From: Ginglymostoma cirratum
Taxonomy: Eukaryota
Direction of reading: 5' to 3'
DNA: 64,000 nucleotides
NCBI GenBank assembly: GCA_024137785.1
Contig: JAHRHZ010000025.1
Coordinates: 22,670,921 to 22,734,920, forward strand
Shown here piece after piece: positions 51,246 through 64,000 of the stretch. Within the stretch, counting starts at the first letter, position 1, and each line of letters begins with the position of its first letter. Made by a program: the position numbers and the translations under genes. The notes under the pieces were generated by a model. It was not told where the DNA came from, ran no database searches, and saw only the letters and a program-made list of their open reading frames with translations.

Positions 51246-54200
51246 TATGGACAAGAAAATCTCTCATTACTTCTACATATATACATGACTACTTTAAAAA
51301 TAACAACAATATCATCTGACCGGCGGTCAGTGGGAGGAATTGTTAGCTCGTTGTGATTTGAAAATAATATACCAAATAGAAGTTATATTGACAATTTGTG
51401 ATCAAAGCCTACAATTTTTTTTTAAAAACTGTAGCAGGCTTAAGAACATGGATAACTGGTGCAACATTACAGGAAACAGAAATGCAGAGTTGGAAATTGT
51501 TTAGAAATTAGGCTTTCACTTGTAATGTGAGTTTTTCTAACACTATTATGTTCAAACTGACACAAAGATTTCTTTTAAAATTACTGCCTTTGGTGTCAAA
51601 ACCTTTTAAAATGATCATTACTCTCTTTACTTGCTCAAGTTTAGACAATGTTACCAGAATAGCATGTTAAAATTTATTTCCTTCTTCCAACAAATAATAG
51701 TGTATAATTTATAAGCTTTGCATAGACAATCCAAATTAATGAGGGAATAGAATACAATTTTGTCACCTAGATATGACTTAATATTGACACATCTATACTT
51801 AAAAAAGATAAAAATCAACACAGGCAATGAAATTGGCAAAAAATTAAATTCCACGAAGATTAGATTACAGTTATCCATCATAAGCTTTACACCTCACAAA
51901 CAAGGTAAATTGGATAATGCTTTGTCATCCCCTCAGGAGTATTTATTAATTGTACGTAGTATCTGGTCATAACATAATGACCAGAAAAGAATACTTTAAG
52001 AATTAATAAAAACACGAATGAATGAAACTAAATGAAAATGCACTGAGATGCCATTTTAATGGAAAAAAATCCTTACTCCAGTGTTATTTCGCCATATTAT
52101 ACAATGTCACAATAAACCAACCTTCTTGGACACCTGACAATTAAACAGTATGTCAATGAAGGAGTTAACCTTTTAAACATTAAAATAAATGTTTTTAGCT
52201 TTTTTTAAAAAATAAATTTTAGATATCGACAAAACTTAAAACAAAATAAACAAACTGTCAAATTTTTTGAATCCTTACTTCAACTGATCAGCTGCTTATT
52301 CCCAGAAATCATCCACTTACTTTTAAAAGCAGAACTTGTACTTCACAAAGTTAACAAAAAAAAAACACGACTTCTATGAAAATTCTCCACAGTGACAAAT
52401 GCTGGTGCATAGTGCAACATTTCAATACAGTATGCTATGCAAGAAAAGGTGAACGGTACAATTGTTGACATTCCCTATAACTGTAAATGTATTCAACGCT
52501 TGCATCTTCTAAGGTCATTGTCTAGTTTTAGAAATGAATGGTTAATCTCCAAGTATTATTCTTTTAGTGAAAATTTACTTTTGTATACCTGGGTTCAAAA
52601 GCAGTGTATTTAAGAATATCTCATGATTACCTTATCCCCCTCATCAAGTGCAATACAGAAGGCTTTACCACCAAGTGAATTTATGAAATACATAAACTGC
52701 AAGTTTACTGTAAAATAATTGCATTATAAATTAAATCAATTTGTCCAAAAATCCTGCATTTGTTGGAATATGGACAAATGGATGGAAGACCTTTCTGAAA
52801 TTCTGGTTTATGACAGCCTGTGGCTTAATCAAAGAATGCATCTCTCATCCTTTATGTGAAACATTGTCAATCTGTCAGTCAATTCAAACTCTACTTCCGC
52901 CAATGACACCTGGGGAAAAGCAATTTATAAGAACTTAGTACAGGATGAATTAAAAAACTAATTATGGATGCTATACCACTCTAAATATGATCAATTAAAG
53001 GTGGTTACATATAAATCAAACTAGTTCAGAAATTTCTTCGACGTTTTCCTCAGCCATGTACCAAATCCAAATAGGACTGGGTTTTAAAAGAAAAAAACAA
53101 CGGAGATAAAATGATTCAAATGGACATTTGTTGCCATCCTTGGCTCAAGACTTGAGCACAGAATCGACCCTGATGTATATCAGTACACCGCTGACTGCTG
53201 TCAGGGATGCCATCTTTTAGTTAAGTTGTTAAACCAAAGCCCATCTGATCTTTCAAATTGTCTAAGAAACCACTGCTTTAAGCATGGAGAAGCAGTGAGT
53301 TATCTGCATGCAATACTTTTTCCGTTAGCTAATTCGGGGAAAAAAAAAATCATTTATCTCGTGGCTTGTGGCATATCACAATGTACAATTGACTGGCAGT
53401 TTCTCGAAATTACAACAGTTTTTGGACTTGAAAACCATTTCACTGGTCACTCAGTACTTTTGGACATCAAGATCATAAGTTCTTTCCTTCCTAAATATTA
53501 GTTTCCAGGCCTTCTCCTTCTGTACTCAACATCCACAGGTAAATAGACAATAGTAGGTTTTGTCCATTGCATTTTCTCTGTGCATGGATTATTTCTGTAA
53601 GTCAATTAAACATGTTGCAATACAATACAACTAAATTGATACCAACAGCCTTTTTGGTACATCATTTGTGTTGCCTTTTTGGTTATGCAGAAACAGACTA
53701 CACAAGAGCTAGAGTTATCACCATTAAGTTCAGTCTAATCAATAGATGCGTTTTTCCAGAAACACCTGGATAATTTTCCCCTTCTCAAAAAGAATCAGAG
53801 GGAAGATTTCAGCAGCACACACCAAGAACTGAGATCTTCATGGATAGCTCAGCAGCATATAGTTCGATATATTTATTCCATAGTGCAACATGGACCCATA
53901 CCATCTCTTTTTAAGCAAACGGAGCAGCTCACAGGATAAATGCTCCAAACTGGGAAAAATCCACGAACATGCCCAATGAGCTCATTCTGACGATATCACC
54001 TTTTCTAAAAAGTCACTCATACAACAATATACAAGGAGCAATCCAGTTTACATTATTCTTCTGACAGGAATCATTGTGTGCAAATGTTTAAGTTACAAAA
54101 CAATTGAAAGAACTGTTAGAATATTTACTTACAGCAATTGCAAATAATGGACTATTGACATTTTAAAATAACAATATAACATTACTGGTTGGATTTTGAA

Positions 54201-55487
54201 ATAAATCATAACAAGCAGCCAAGTTATTAGTGCAGTCTTGCCAACATTGAAAGATCAAATCAATAAAATAATTTTACCTACTTTTGTTTAAACTTTTGAA
54301 CAAATCATCCAGAATTGATCATTATCAAGGTTTTCAACTTTTTGCCATTTTAAACCAAGATACGTAGTTCATTTAAAACTTCTTTTTTAATTATCAGGCG
54401 CACAACATTTTTTTTGCTGTGCACAACATATATATTTCAAAAACTGTTAAGTAATATTTCTGTTCTTGGAAGGCACTAAATGGGGACTGTCACTCATGCC
54501 TTGCTCATTACATTATTCTTCTGTCACTTTAAAATGTGCACCAATTGGATCGTTCACCGGTATCAAGATGTCAGGTGTCAGTGTATTTAAAAGGAAGACT
54601 TTTTTTTTTAAAAACGGAGAAACAAGTGAGCAGCAAATACAGACCTACATTCATTGGAAGGGAATAACATTGCAAATTGGTGCCTTCCCAAAGAATAAAT
54701 TAAGAACACCCTGTCAATACTTCACACTAATAAAAACCAACACATTCCTAATATCAACAGAAAAATACAGTAGTGATAATTATTTTTACAAACTAAAAAC
54801 AACCCAGGGCCATTACCAGATGTGCAACACTTCTGCACTGGAGTCAACTCACTAAGACAACAAGTGAAGACGATAAATCCCTTTGTGATCACTTGCATTA
54901 CAAGTCTTCAAAAAGAGAATGGTAGAAGTTCATAGTAAAATTTCCAGAATCTCAAGACAACGCTTAGTATCACAGTATTCAGTTTTCCATGGACTTCAGC
55001 ATATTTATCCAATTGCTGAACTGAAGGAAGTGGTCATATCCAAGCCTTGGGTAATGGTTAAAGTTCACAAGACATCCAGTGTGTTCCCATGTCACATTTT
55101 TGGCTTTAAATTTTTAAGCTGCAGTGCAATAGATTTCCAGTAGATGTCTCACTGGAAACACAGGGCATCAAAACCACAAAACTGCAGATTGTTAATTGCT
55201 GAAGCATCAAGTGCAGCCACAGATTTTTTGGCCAATTTGCATCTCTCCCAAGTCTTTTTCTCACCTTCAAATGAGAAATCAGATTCTGTTCATCTCACAC
55301 AAGATGAACAGTTTAAGCATTAAAATGCTGAACCGACTCATTTTGCAGATATGGATGACACACTGCATGCAACACAGCAGTCACTATTGCTTCAGAACAA
55401 TCTTCATTTTACTGAGCAGAGATAATACTGGGAGACAGCTTCTATCCTAGCTCTATAGCTTCTACAAGTCTGGTGGCTACATTCCGC

Positions 55488-55675
55488 TTATAGGATTTCT
55501 TCCCTTTGTTTCTTAGTTTTTTGAACTACTTGGCCATTGTGGATTGATCCATTCTGGTTTCGCAGTAATTTCCCTTTCTCTCTGTCTGGCCAGGTGAAGA
55601 TTGCTTCATCACTGTCAAGTTCAGATTCTGAAACCATTAAGCTGGTGTTCTGTGCTGGAGCTTTCAGCCTGCCAA
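55488..55675 (-). CDS. KIAA0319L: KIAA0319-like (AAV receptor), last coding exon
   Basis: cattatag|TTGGC...TAA; (V)GRLKAPAQNTSLMVSESELDSDEAIFTWPDREKGKLLRNQNGSIHNGQVVQKTKKQREEIL*; matches human SLMHSESELDSDDAIFTWPDREKGKLL...QNGS...REEIL. Confidence 0.97.
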
Positions 55676-56939
55676 CTATAATGAAACATTTATCAGCAAT
55701 ACCGCAAAACAGAGAGGGAAAATAATTACCTTGAAAAAAAACATCTTATTTGGTATTCTTGCTGGTGAAACTACCATTAGTTTGATAATGCTGCCTACTT
55801 GAGAAAGCAAAATTGAAATTTAGAAATTCAAGCCATGTAGCTACAACACCAATGTTTTAACCATGAATATAGTCAGCATTAGCTGCATATTCTTCATTAC
55901 CATTAGCATAACTCCATTTCACATAGGCACATGTGGTTCAGTGACGGTGTTTTTTAAAAAATTGTCATTGTTTGGCTGATCAGCTGAAGTAGGATTGTGC
56001 AACAGTAAATGTGAATATATCAACAAAGTGAACATTAAACTTTGGACTCCAAAAAATGAGTCAAATTAAAATATAAGAGCACCATCTTTAAGTTACAGAG
56101 CAGAATTTTAAGGTCCCAAACTGTGAACAAGTTAGTGTGTTGATAAAATGCTTTAATTTTTGTCAAATAAATTACAACCGAACAACCGAAATAAATAACA
56201 CCACAAAGTATTTTACATCGTGCCAAACCCAAATTCTTGCATTAGGACTAAAATGAAAAACAAATTAAAGTGAAACAATTTTTTTTGCCTATCATACATG
56301 TTAAGTTGATTTGCAGAAATTGCTCAACTTGTTTTTATATACAGTGTTATAACAGACACTATTCAAAAAAGATGCCATACAATTTAATTCAAAAAGCAGG
56401 ATCCTAGGCTTAAATCCATTTTATTTTGCATAGACAGATGCAGGTGTTAAATGGGCTGGTTCACAGCTCTGATGGGATTTGAGCAAGTTTAGATCAGGCC
56501 TTTGTGGCCCACAGAGACTACAGAAATATTTTCTCACTTCAAATATTAAGGAACCAGAGATACCCGTAAAATGCCTCTTTGTTTATCCATAAAAGGCCTT
56601 TGTAATTGAGGCCAGGCACAAGTGTTTTCTGAAGGCTCCAAGGTTTCATTTTCGTTCCCTACCACAAACCCTGCATCTTCACCAATTTCATTTCCTGCCG
56701 AGACTAATTCTTCAGGCTGACCTAGTTCTATTTGTTTGCCAAGTTTAGTGGAAGTCTAGTTTCTACAACTGTTGACATCTCACTACTAAACTTTCACATC
56801 AAGAACAATGTCTATCTTTATGCTGTTTCAATCCAGTGCTGAATCCCTAATGTATGCCTCAGTCATACCATCACTTCAAGATCTAAAACTTTCAGGGTCT
56901 GCATCTTCCATAAACTTGAACTCATCCAAAATATAACTG

Positions 56940-57425
56940 ACTGTACAGTATTCCACACACCATCTGTGTGCTCTCTGACCTACACTGGCTCCCAGTTCCC
57001 CAAAACTCAAAATTTAAAATTCTCATCTAAACAATGCATCTAAATCTCAGTACAACAAATCTCACTTTCACATCTCTGTAATACTCCCCTCATCCAACCA
57101 CCACAGAAATGTGACAGCACAGAAAGAGGCCATTTGGCCTATTGCGGCTATACCAGCTGAATGAATCATGAACCTTCTGAGAATTCTGTATTCCTCCAGT
57201 ACAGCATTTGGTTCTTCTTCCACATCAGTACTGTTGGTAGTGCCTCAAGAGTTTCAGCACCAAGCTCTGAAAGAAGCAAACTCTGGCTCTCCTCTCAAGA
57301 TTCTAAAAGTCCAATGTCTTCACAATACTATTAATTACTGTCCTAATGTCTGCTAACTTGGCTTGGCATCAATTTTTGTTTAAGTTTCTGTGAAGCACCT
57401 TGGGATGTTTCCCTATGCTAAAACT
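56940..57425 (+). mobile_element. L2-type LINE/SINE 3' remnant (related piece at about 21560-21950)
   Basis: ctgtgtgctctctgacctacactggctccc (L..LHWLP), tttaaaattctcatc (FKIL), tail ctgtgaagcaccttgggatgttt...ctatataaa. Confidence 0.6.
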
Positions 57426-57744
57426 ATATAAAAAAAATCTTAATTATTGTTAGTACAATAATTCTGTTGGGTTTAGCAGCTCCAGTGAGAGTTGAAGGTT
57501 ATAGTTTTGTTTCATTGGGATCTTGGGTGGAGTGGTCAGGTACTGCTATGTTGCAGAACAGTGAACTGTTTCAGACTCAGGTGGCTGCTGCTCATGCATC
57601 TCGAGAACGCCAGATACATACACCAAATACATCCTTGTGATTTGGGTAAGGGCAAGAAAGAACGTTCAGACCTGCTTCTTAGTTCAAGTTCTCACGAAAG
57701 ACTTAACCTGAAACTGTGCTTATACCTCTCCACAGATTCTTTTT

Positions 57745-58077
57745 TCTTTCATTATTCATTCACAGGATGAGGGCATCGCTGACATGGTAACATTTATTGC
57801 CCATCCCTAGTTAAGGGTCAATCACATTTCTGTGGGTCTGGAGTTACGTTTACAGCAGACCAGGTAAGGATGGCAGTTTCCTTCCCTAAAGGACATTAGT
57901 GAATCAGATAGGTTTTTCCAACAATCAACAGTGGATTCATGATCATCACTAGATTCTTAATTCAAGGTATTTATTGAATTCAAATTCCACCATGGCGGGA
58001 TTCAAACCCAGGTCCCCAGAAGGTTAGCTGGGTCTCCTTAACAGTCCAGTGATAATACCACTAGGCCATCACCTCCC
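57745..58077 (-). mobile_element. tRNA-derived SINE inserted in a Penelope-like terminus
   Basis: Homologous to 2345-2680 and to the + copy at about 34790-35160. Confidence 0.8.
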
Positions 58078-59156
58078 TATTCTGCCAGAGCTGTTTAGCA
58101 TTTCCAGCAATTTGTGTTTCAAGTTCAGGTTTCCAGCTTCTGTTTCTAAATTTTAATCTGCCTTGTCCCAACTGAAGATCAAGCATTCATGTTGCAAAGG
58201 TCTCCAAATACAAGTTGCATTCTCCACCGGTGTGCAGATTGCTGTGCACCATTTTGATGAAGGCAACTCTGACCAACTGTAACGCTTAACACACTGTAAA
58301 ACCCTGAAATTCAAAAGTTTTGATGCTGCCATTCCAGACGGGAATAACTGTGCATAATGCACAAGCACATCTATGCTGGTATGGACTTGTGTAGAGTAAA
58401 TCTCCCTTTATTCTATCCTAAATCTCATTCTAATTTCAGAAGAGCACCTCTGTATGGCAACATTCCTACTTTTAATGTTATCTGTCAGTTAGACGCTGAG
58501 GACAGCAATTTAAACAGTAAAAGGTATTTACATTAAGACTTGATACACATATTTAAGCCAAGTATCATGGCATTTTTGCAATTAGCACTGAAGGGATTGA
58601 GCTGTTACTGATAGAGGTGAAAAGGTGGTGAGCACACAATGTCTACTTCTCCAAAACGACAGTGAATCTCCACTCCAATTAGTTCAGGTTGCAACAGCGC
58701 AGATGGGAGAACTGACACACCAGACTCATGGTGCTCAGGATTTTCTTCTGCAACAGAAATGGGTCAGCTCCACCAAGACGTGGCTCAAATACATAATTTC
58801 TGAGATCAGATGGGGCGCAGGGGTCATTAAAAAATAGCATGTCAAAATATTCATGCCAAAACCAATTTATCTTTGGAATTTCTATAACTTTGCAAGAGTT
58901 AAATGCTTCTTGCCTGTAAACATTGGAATTGTAACATGCTGTATCATTCGGTGACTGGAGTAAAGATCTTGGCAGTGTCTCTTGGAGAGGTGGGTTCATG
59001 CTATAGAATAGTTCTGGTACAATATTAAGTGTAGGAAGGCATCCAGCTATTGTCATGAAGACTGTTAGGTGATGTGGTGAGATTCAAGGAGTAAAAGAAA
59101 AAAGTCGATCAACCCTCAAAAGTCACAGCTTCAACGTTTCTTTCGCATCCCAATAC

Positions 59157-59251
59157 CTGGCTTGGAGTTAGACTTCAATTCCAGACTTTCATGATCATCT
59201 GTAGCATCTAGTATTTTATATCTGCTCTTCCTTCTAGGTTTTCCTTTGCGC
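59157..59251 (-). CDS. KIAA0319L: KIAA0319L penultimate exon (juxtamembrane cytoplasmic tail)
   Basis: tttcag|GCGC...CCAG|gtattg; 95 bp, phase 2 to 1; RKGKPRRKSRYKILDATDDHESLELKSNSKP versus human QKGKPKRKSKYKILDATDQESLELK. Confidence 0.97.
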
Positions 59252-62211
59252 CTGAAACATCAATTCACACTGTTTAGAAGCTTATGTAAATTGAGTTGGA
59301 CTAAATTACAACTATATTACAGAAGAACCAGGATTAACATTATAATGCACAACTAAGGGTGATAAATCTTCTTTACTTCACTCAAAAAACTTGATATTTC
59401 AGATTTAGCTTTTATTAAGCAACGCTCTACACCATGCCCTCACCACCTATTTGTGTTCTGCAAAACCTTGTATTTCAAATAAATACATTCTAAGCTGAAA
59501 GCAGTAAAATGGCAAACAATTGACAAAAGCTGATACAGGGATAAAAGAAAACTTAAAGGAAAAAAGGGTGTTAGAAAAGACACACTACAGCCAACGTTTG
59601 TACAGGGATTTAAAACATTATCTGATCAATCACACTGCATTTTTAGGACCTGTGGTGCAAAAATTGGCAACTGTATTTCCATCATAACAAGGTGCAGTGA
59701 TTATATTTTGAAAGTACTTATTAATTGAGGAGTGTCTTGGAATTTCACAAAAGGGGCTGTGAAAACGCAAGTCTGTTCTTTGAGCTGTAAAGATATTTTT
59801 TGATTTGTTAGGTGGGGGAAAGAGGAAAAGAAAAATCACACTCTCCATCATCCATTTGGACAAGCATAAACATACACGGGAACAAAAGATATTGGGAAGA
59901 ACTGCCTTAAATGTCACTGAGCATACACTGGTAGTGGCTCCTAGCTATGTACAAAAAGTAATTCAACTAGAAATATCCCTAGAGGGATTAAAAAATGCCT
60001 ATGTGTGCTCCTGTCTGGTTGTACTGGTCTAGATGCATGTCCCCACATGAGTGAAACAAGTTGACACTGCTGGAGGGATAAATACCGGCCAGGATACCAG
60101 CAATAACTTCCTTTGTTGAGAAACAAGAAAAAGCATCCGCAAGTTATTACAGAAATCAAATGATTGGATTCAACTTTATGAACAGAATTCATTTGTTATA
60201 CTATTTTAGTTAAAGAGAGGAAAGGGGAATACCATTTACTTTCAATTACTGAATATGAACTATGGCTTGTACGCAGTTCTTGCAAATCCCATGTTGGTTA
60301 ATTGATGGACAACAACCATACCAAAGTTTAAAAAGAAACACTCATCAAGCAGTATTGTTTATATGAGCAGAAAGAGATAGCAATCACCTTCCATCCTTGA
60401 TCTGTATATTGAGACCATTACTGAAGCTTCCCTAAATTCTCCATTCAATAACTTGTCTTTAGTTTCCCTTTCCAATGTTGTTATTGTGGTTGCACAATTG
60501 TAAAACACCACTTGATTGCATAGTGATCATATATGATGCAATGTCTCAATGTAACAATCTGATTGAAGGGATCTTTAGAATCACCCAATCAGCTGTTTGC
60601 AACATTTTCCAAAACTAAATGTTCCTCTTATTGATGGGTTCATGAGGATCATGGGTCAAGATTTCTGTAACTGTATTCTTCCATCTTGCCTTAGGTAATA
60701 ATGCCACCTTCACTTAGCCAGTCTCATATTACTGCCATTTGTCACATGCAAACAAAGTCGCATTTCCCTTTTACTTCGGCCCAGAGGTACTTACACCACC
60801 TGAAATAGGTGGAAGGCAGCAAGACCTCATTGGCATTGAGATGGCTTCAAGATGTCATGTTGTAGATGAAAAGTTGTTATTTGATAGTCCATGATACAAC
60901 CAGAAACCATTACAGAAGACAACCAAGTCCACTTTAATCTAGAGCTGTTTGTGACTGATCAACCAGCTTGACTCATTACTGAAAGCACGTTGGTCCTACT
61001 TGGGCAAAAATCACTGTTAAAATTACCGAGTTTAACATCTTAAACAAGTGCAGAATCCCTACATCCCTAAGCACAAGTTAGCACCAGGAAAGTCTCACCT
61101 CTCAAGGATTAGAGCAATCAATTGTGTAATTAGGGTGGAGAAAAAAATCATTTTTATTAGGCAAACAGACTTAACTGGTGACATTTAAATATTGTAATAA
61201 ATTTGTGTGGTACATCAGACAACTCCTCCCGATGTGATCTAGCAGATTACTAGTCTCAGCCTTGATGTTCCCATTTTCATTGTAGGCTCTCTCATATACT
61301 GTGCTTCAAGTGGCATCGAAGAAGTGAAAGGGGCAAGTATATATTCCAATCTGGGCCAGTTTACTTATTAATGTACGGTACCATTCCTCAGGATCTAACG
61401 TGTTTAATCTGATCTGCAAAACTTGAACACCAAATCAAGTTGTACTCCATGTACCATCTAGCCTGGCAGGCTAGATTAAATTCAGCTACTAATGTTTGAT
61501 TACAAATGAGTTGGAGCTATCCAACAACTAAAACCTTGCAGTGAACAGCTGGAGTCTCTGTACAAACTGAAGAAACTGCACAAAACTGAAAATGGTGACA
61601 CTCAATCTAGGTAGCAAAAGGAGGGTGCTGCAATACCTAGGTAGTAAGTCTAGAATGGATCCTAATCTTGACATAATTTATAAGATTTTGTTTCTAAATA
61701 TATATGCATACATGCATACAGCATACACCTCCAAACATAATAATTAGTTTCAGTCATCTCCTACATAGACGAGCATAAGTGAATCGCTAGTAATGCCTAC
61801 CACCTAAACACGATGAAATGTGGAATTAAAACAGAATCAACATGTAGCACTCTTCGCACAAATTGACAAGCACCAAAATTTTCCCCAAACCCTTAAGTAG
61901 GTAAAAGATGGCCACTGGATCTAAGCGTTTTGGGAAAATACTGAGCTATTGTTTTTGACTTGATATAAACTTAATTCACCTGTAACTAATTCCAGCCACT
62001 CTCACCCAGCAAACTAGACAGCAGAAATTTGAATGGCCTAATCATGACCCTGACAGAAACATGCCACCTTGGCATGAAAAGCTCACACAAATAAAAATGA
62101 GAGGTTAACTAGGTCCAGGTAATAAAACAATACTCTTTTTTTTCTGTAGAACATCAGGGAGTGGTTCATCTTGCCCTATTGTAAGAATAAAATTTCATAG
62201 AATAGATGAGT

Positions 62212-62515
62212 TATAGAATCCCTACAGTGCAGAAGCAGGCCATTCAGCCTATCAAGTCCACACTGACCCTCAGAAGAGCATTCCAGCCAGACCCAACCCC
62301 AAACCTATCCTGTAACCCTGCATTTCCCATGGCCAATCCACCTAACTTGCACATCTTTGGACTGTGGGAGGAAACCGGAGCACCCGGAGGAAACCCACGC
62401 AGACAGGGGGAGAATGTGCAAACTCCACACAGACAGTTGCCCGAGGTTGGAATTGAACCCGGGTCTCTGGCGCTGTGAGGAAGCAGTGCTATAAACACTG
62501 AGCCATTGTGCCACC
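62212..62515 (-). mobile_element. HE1/V-SINE
   Basis: Reverse-complement homolog of 592-902; full head, V-domain and tail. Confidence 0.92.
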
Positions 62516-62692
62516 TGTGTCTTCACAGATGAGCTTTGAAAGGTAATAGTAATGCTGTGGTAAAGAGGAAAGATTATGTGTTTTGAATTTGTGGGGAGGG
62601 GATTGGGGAGGGGGTGTGGGGGGGGGAAGAAGCTGAGAGGAAATACTGAAGACTAGAAAAAGATTGAGTTGCACAAGATTCCTGAGCTTTAC

Positions 62693-62783
62693 CTTTTACA
62701 GAAGCAGAGGACCATCCAAACTAAAATTCCAATGGCAACCAATATGACAAATGCAGCTATGACAACGTAGAGCACGCTCCACT
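62693..62783 (-). CDS. KIAA0319L: KIAA0319L transmembrane exon (gene continues right of the window)
   Basis: ttttcacttttag|AGTGG...AAAAG|gtaaag; 91 bp, phase 1 to 2; (E)WSVLYVVIAAFVILVAIGILVWMVLCFCK(R) versus human EWSVLYVIIATFVIVVALGILSWTVICCCKR. Confidence 0.97.
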
Positions 62784-64000
62784 CTAAAAGTGAAAACAAA
62801 AAGCAACTGATGTAAATTCTTAAAAGGTTTATAATGGAAAATGATTTGGTTATTGCTGGCACATTCAAAAACTAGTTGACTCCATGGACTTCAATGTTAA
62901 ACTCCTTTTCTTTTCCAAAAATAGCCTGTTAATGTACAGAGCATTCAATTAATCAAAACTAGCAATTTAGCTACAAGATATTTATAAACTACTGCTGTAT
63001 ATGATTTACAGGTAAGTTCACATTTTTGACTTGTTTTGGAACCAAGTTAACTTTGGGGTTCTTAACTGTTCTGTAAAATAGTGGAATGAATAATTTCCGA
63101 TGACACCAGCTCATAATTCGTATATTTTGTATCACTGTTGGTTTGTTCAGCATTTGTATACTGATTGAAATCCCTTCCTTTTCCTTTGCCAAAAGGCAGT
63201 TTTACTCTAAACAAACAAAATCTCTGTAGACACAGAAGGGCCACAGAAAGAATGTTCATAATTAGTCTGAAAAGTGCACTGTATACACATTAGTGACAGA
63301 AAATAAAGCTGATTCAACAGGATTCATTTCTAAATGATGTGCATTGCTCCCTCGTGAAGAAGAACACTCTTAACTTGTTCATCTACATGGTCGATTACTG
63401 AATGTGTTTTTCACTGTCCAGCTACTTTGGGCTGGTTTTGTTCCACGCTATCTTCAAAGCTACCTCTATCAGTTGCCTCTTTTTAATCTCCACGTGGTTA
63501 TTTACATCCTGCACAATTTACCTACTATCCCTGCTTTAATGGGTGCATTGGTTCTCTACCTCCATTGTCTTAGATGTTAAATGCACTCGGCAATGGAGAA
63601 AATATCAAACAGAAAAGAAAGCAGTAAAGCAATAAAAGCTTTGAAACATCTTCTTAAGAAAGAAAAATGGATAGATTATTAAATATACTGACAATTCAGG
63701 GTTACTTTGAGGAACTAATGACAAAACTAAATCAGAATCATTCATGCCCGAATTAGATGTATTTTAATGTCAGATCAGTTGAGACAAACCAAGAAAATTG
63801 GTTTAACATTCTTGGATCCTATGACCAATACAGCATTTTCAGACAAAACACGTTCACAAGAGTCCAAATCTAAGCACAATTTCACGAAGCTTGGAAAACC
63901 AGTGATTGTAACTAGCTTCACGCTGTAATCATATTTGGTACATGATACTATCCCAAATATTTTGAAAATCTATTCAACAATATTTTGTACTACAATGATT

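Noticed and set aside
62592-62627. G-rich tract (possible G-quadruplex) near the KIAA0319L TM exon
   Set aside because: Simple low-complexity run, C-rich on the transcribed strand, with no evidence of function.
1-64000. miR-1/miR-133 cluster (neighbour of GATA5/6), genuine tRNA genes, CRISPR arrays or prokaryotic systems
   Set aside because: No mature miR-1/133 sequence noticed by eye; tRNA-like segments are SINE heads; the DNA is vertebrate with no repeat-spacer array.

Overview
Eukaryotic, intron-containing, AT-rich vertebrate genomic DNA, almost certainly from a shark (HE1/V-SINE, shark-type CR1, L2, Penelope and Harbinger repeats). Nearly all ORFs in the supplied track are spurious or TE-derived. 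Real coding content: (1) the last three exons of a GATA4/5/6-class transcription factor on + (247-334, 2967-3091, 5715-5852); (2) the last three exons of KIAA0319L/AAVR on - (62693-62783, 59157-59251, 55488-55675), convergent with the GATA gene. None of the known GATA4/5/6 genes lies beside KIAA0319L in human, and the protein tail is a divergent GATA4-like sequence, so this may be the missing fourth 2R ohnolog. Between the two genes lie a possible decayed multi-exon gene on - (about 21.2-41.3 kb, unidentified), a fossil R2 retrotransposon 3' half still joined at the canonical target site to about 580 bp of 28S rRNA but outside rDNA (45.66-49.6 kb), Penelope termini with minimal hammerhead motifs, and a 315-bp templated duplication inside a SINE. 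All homology calls are by-eye comparisons with remembered sequences; no searches were run.
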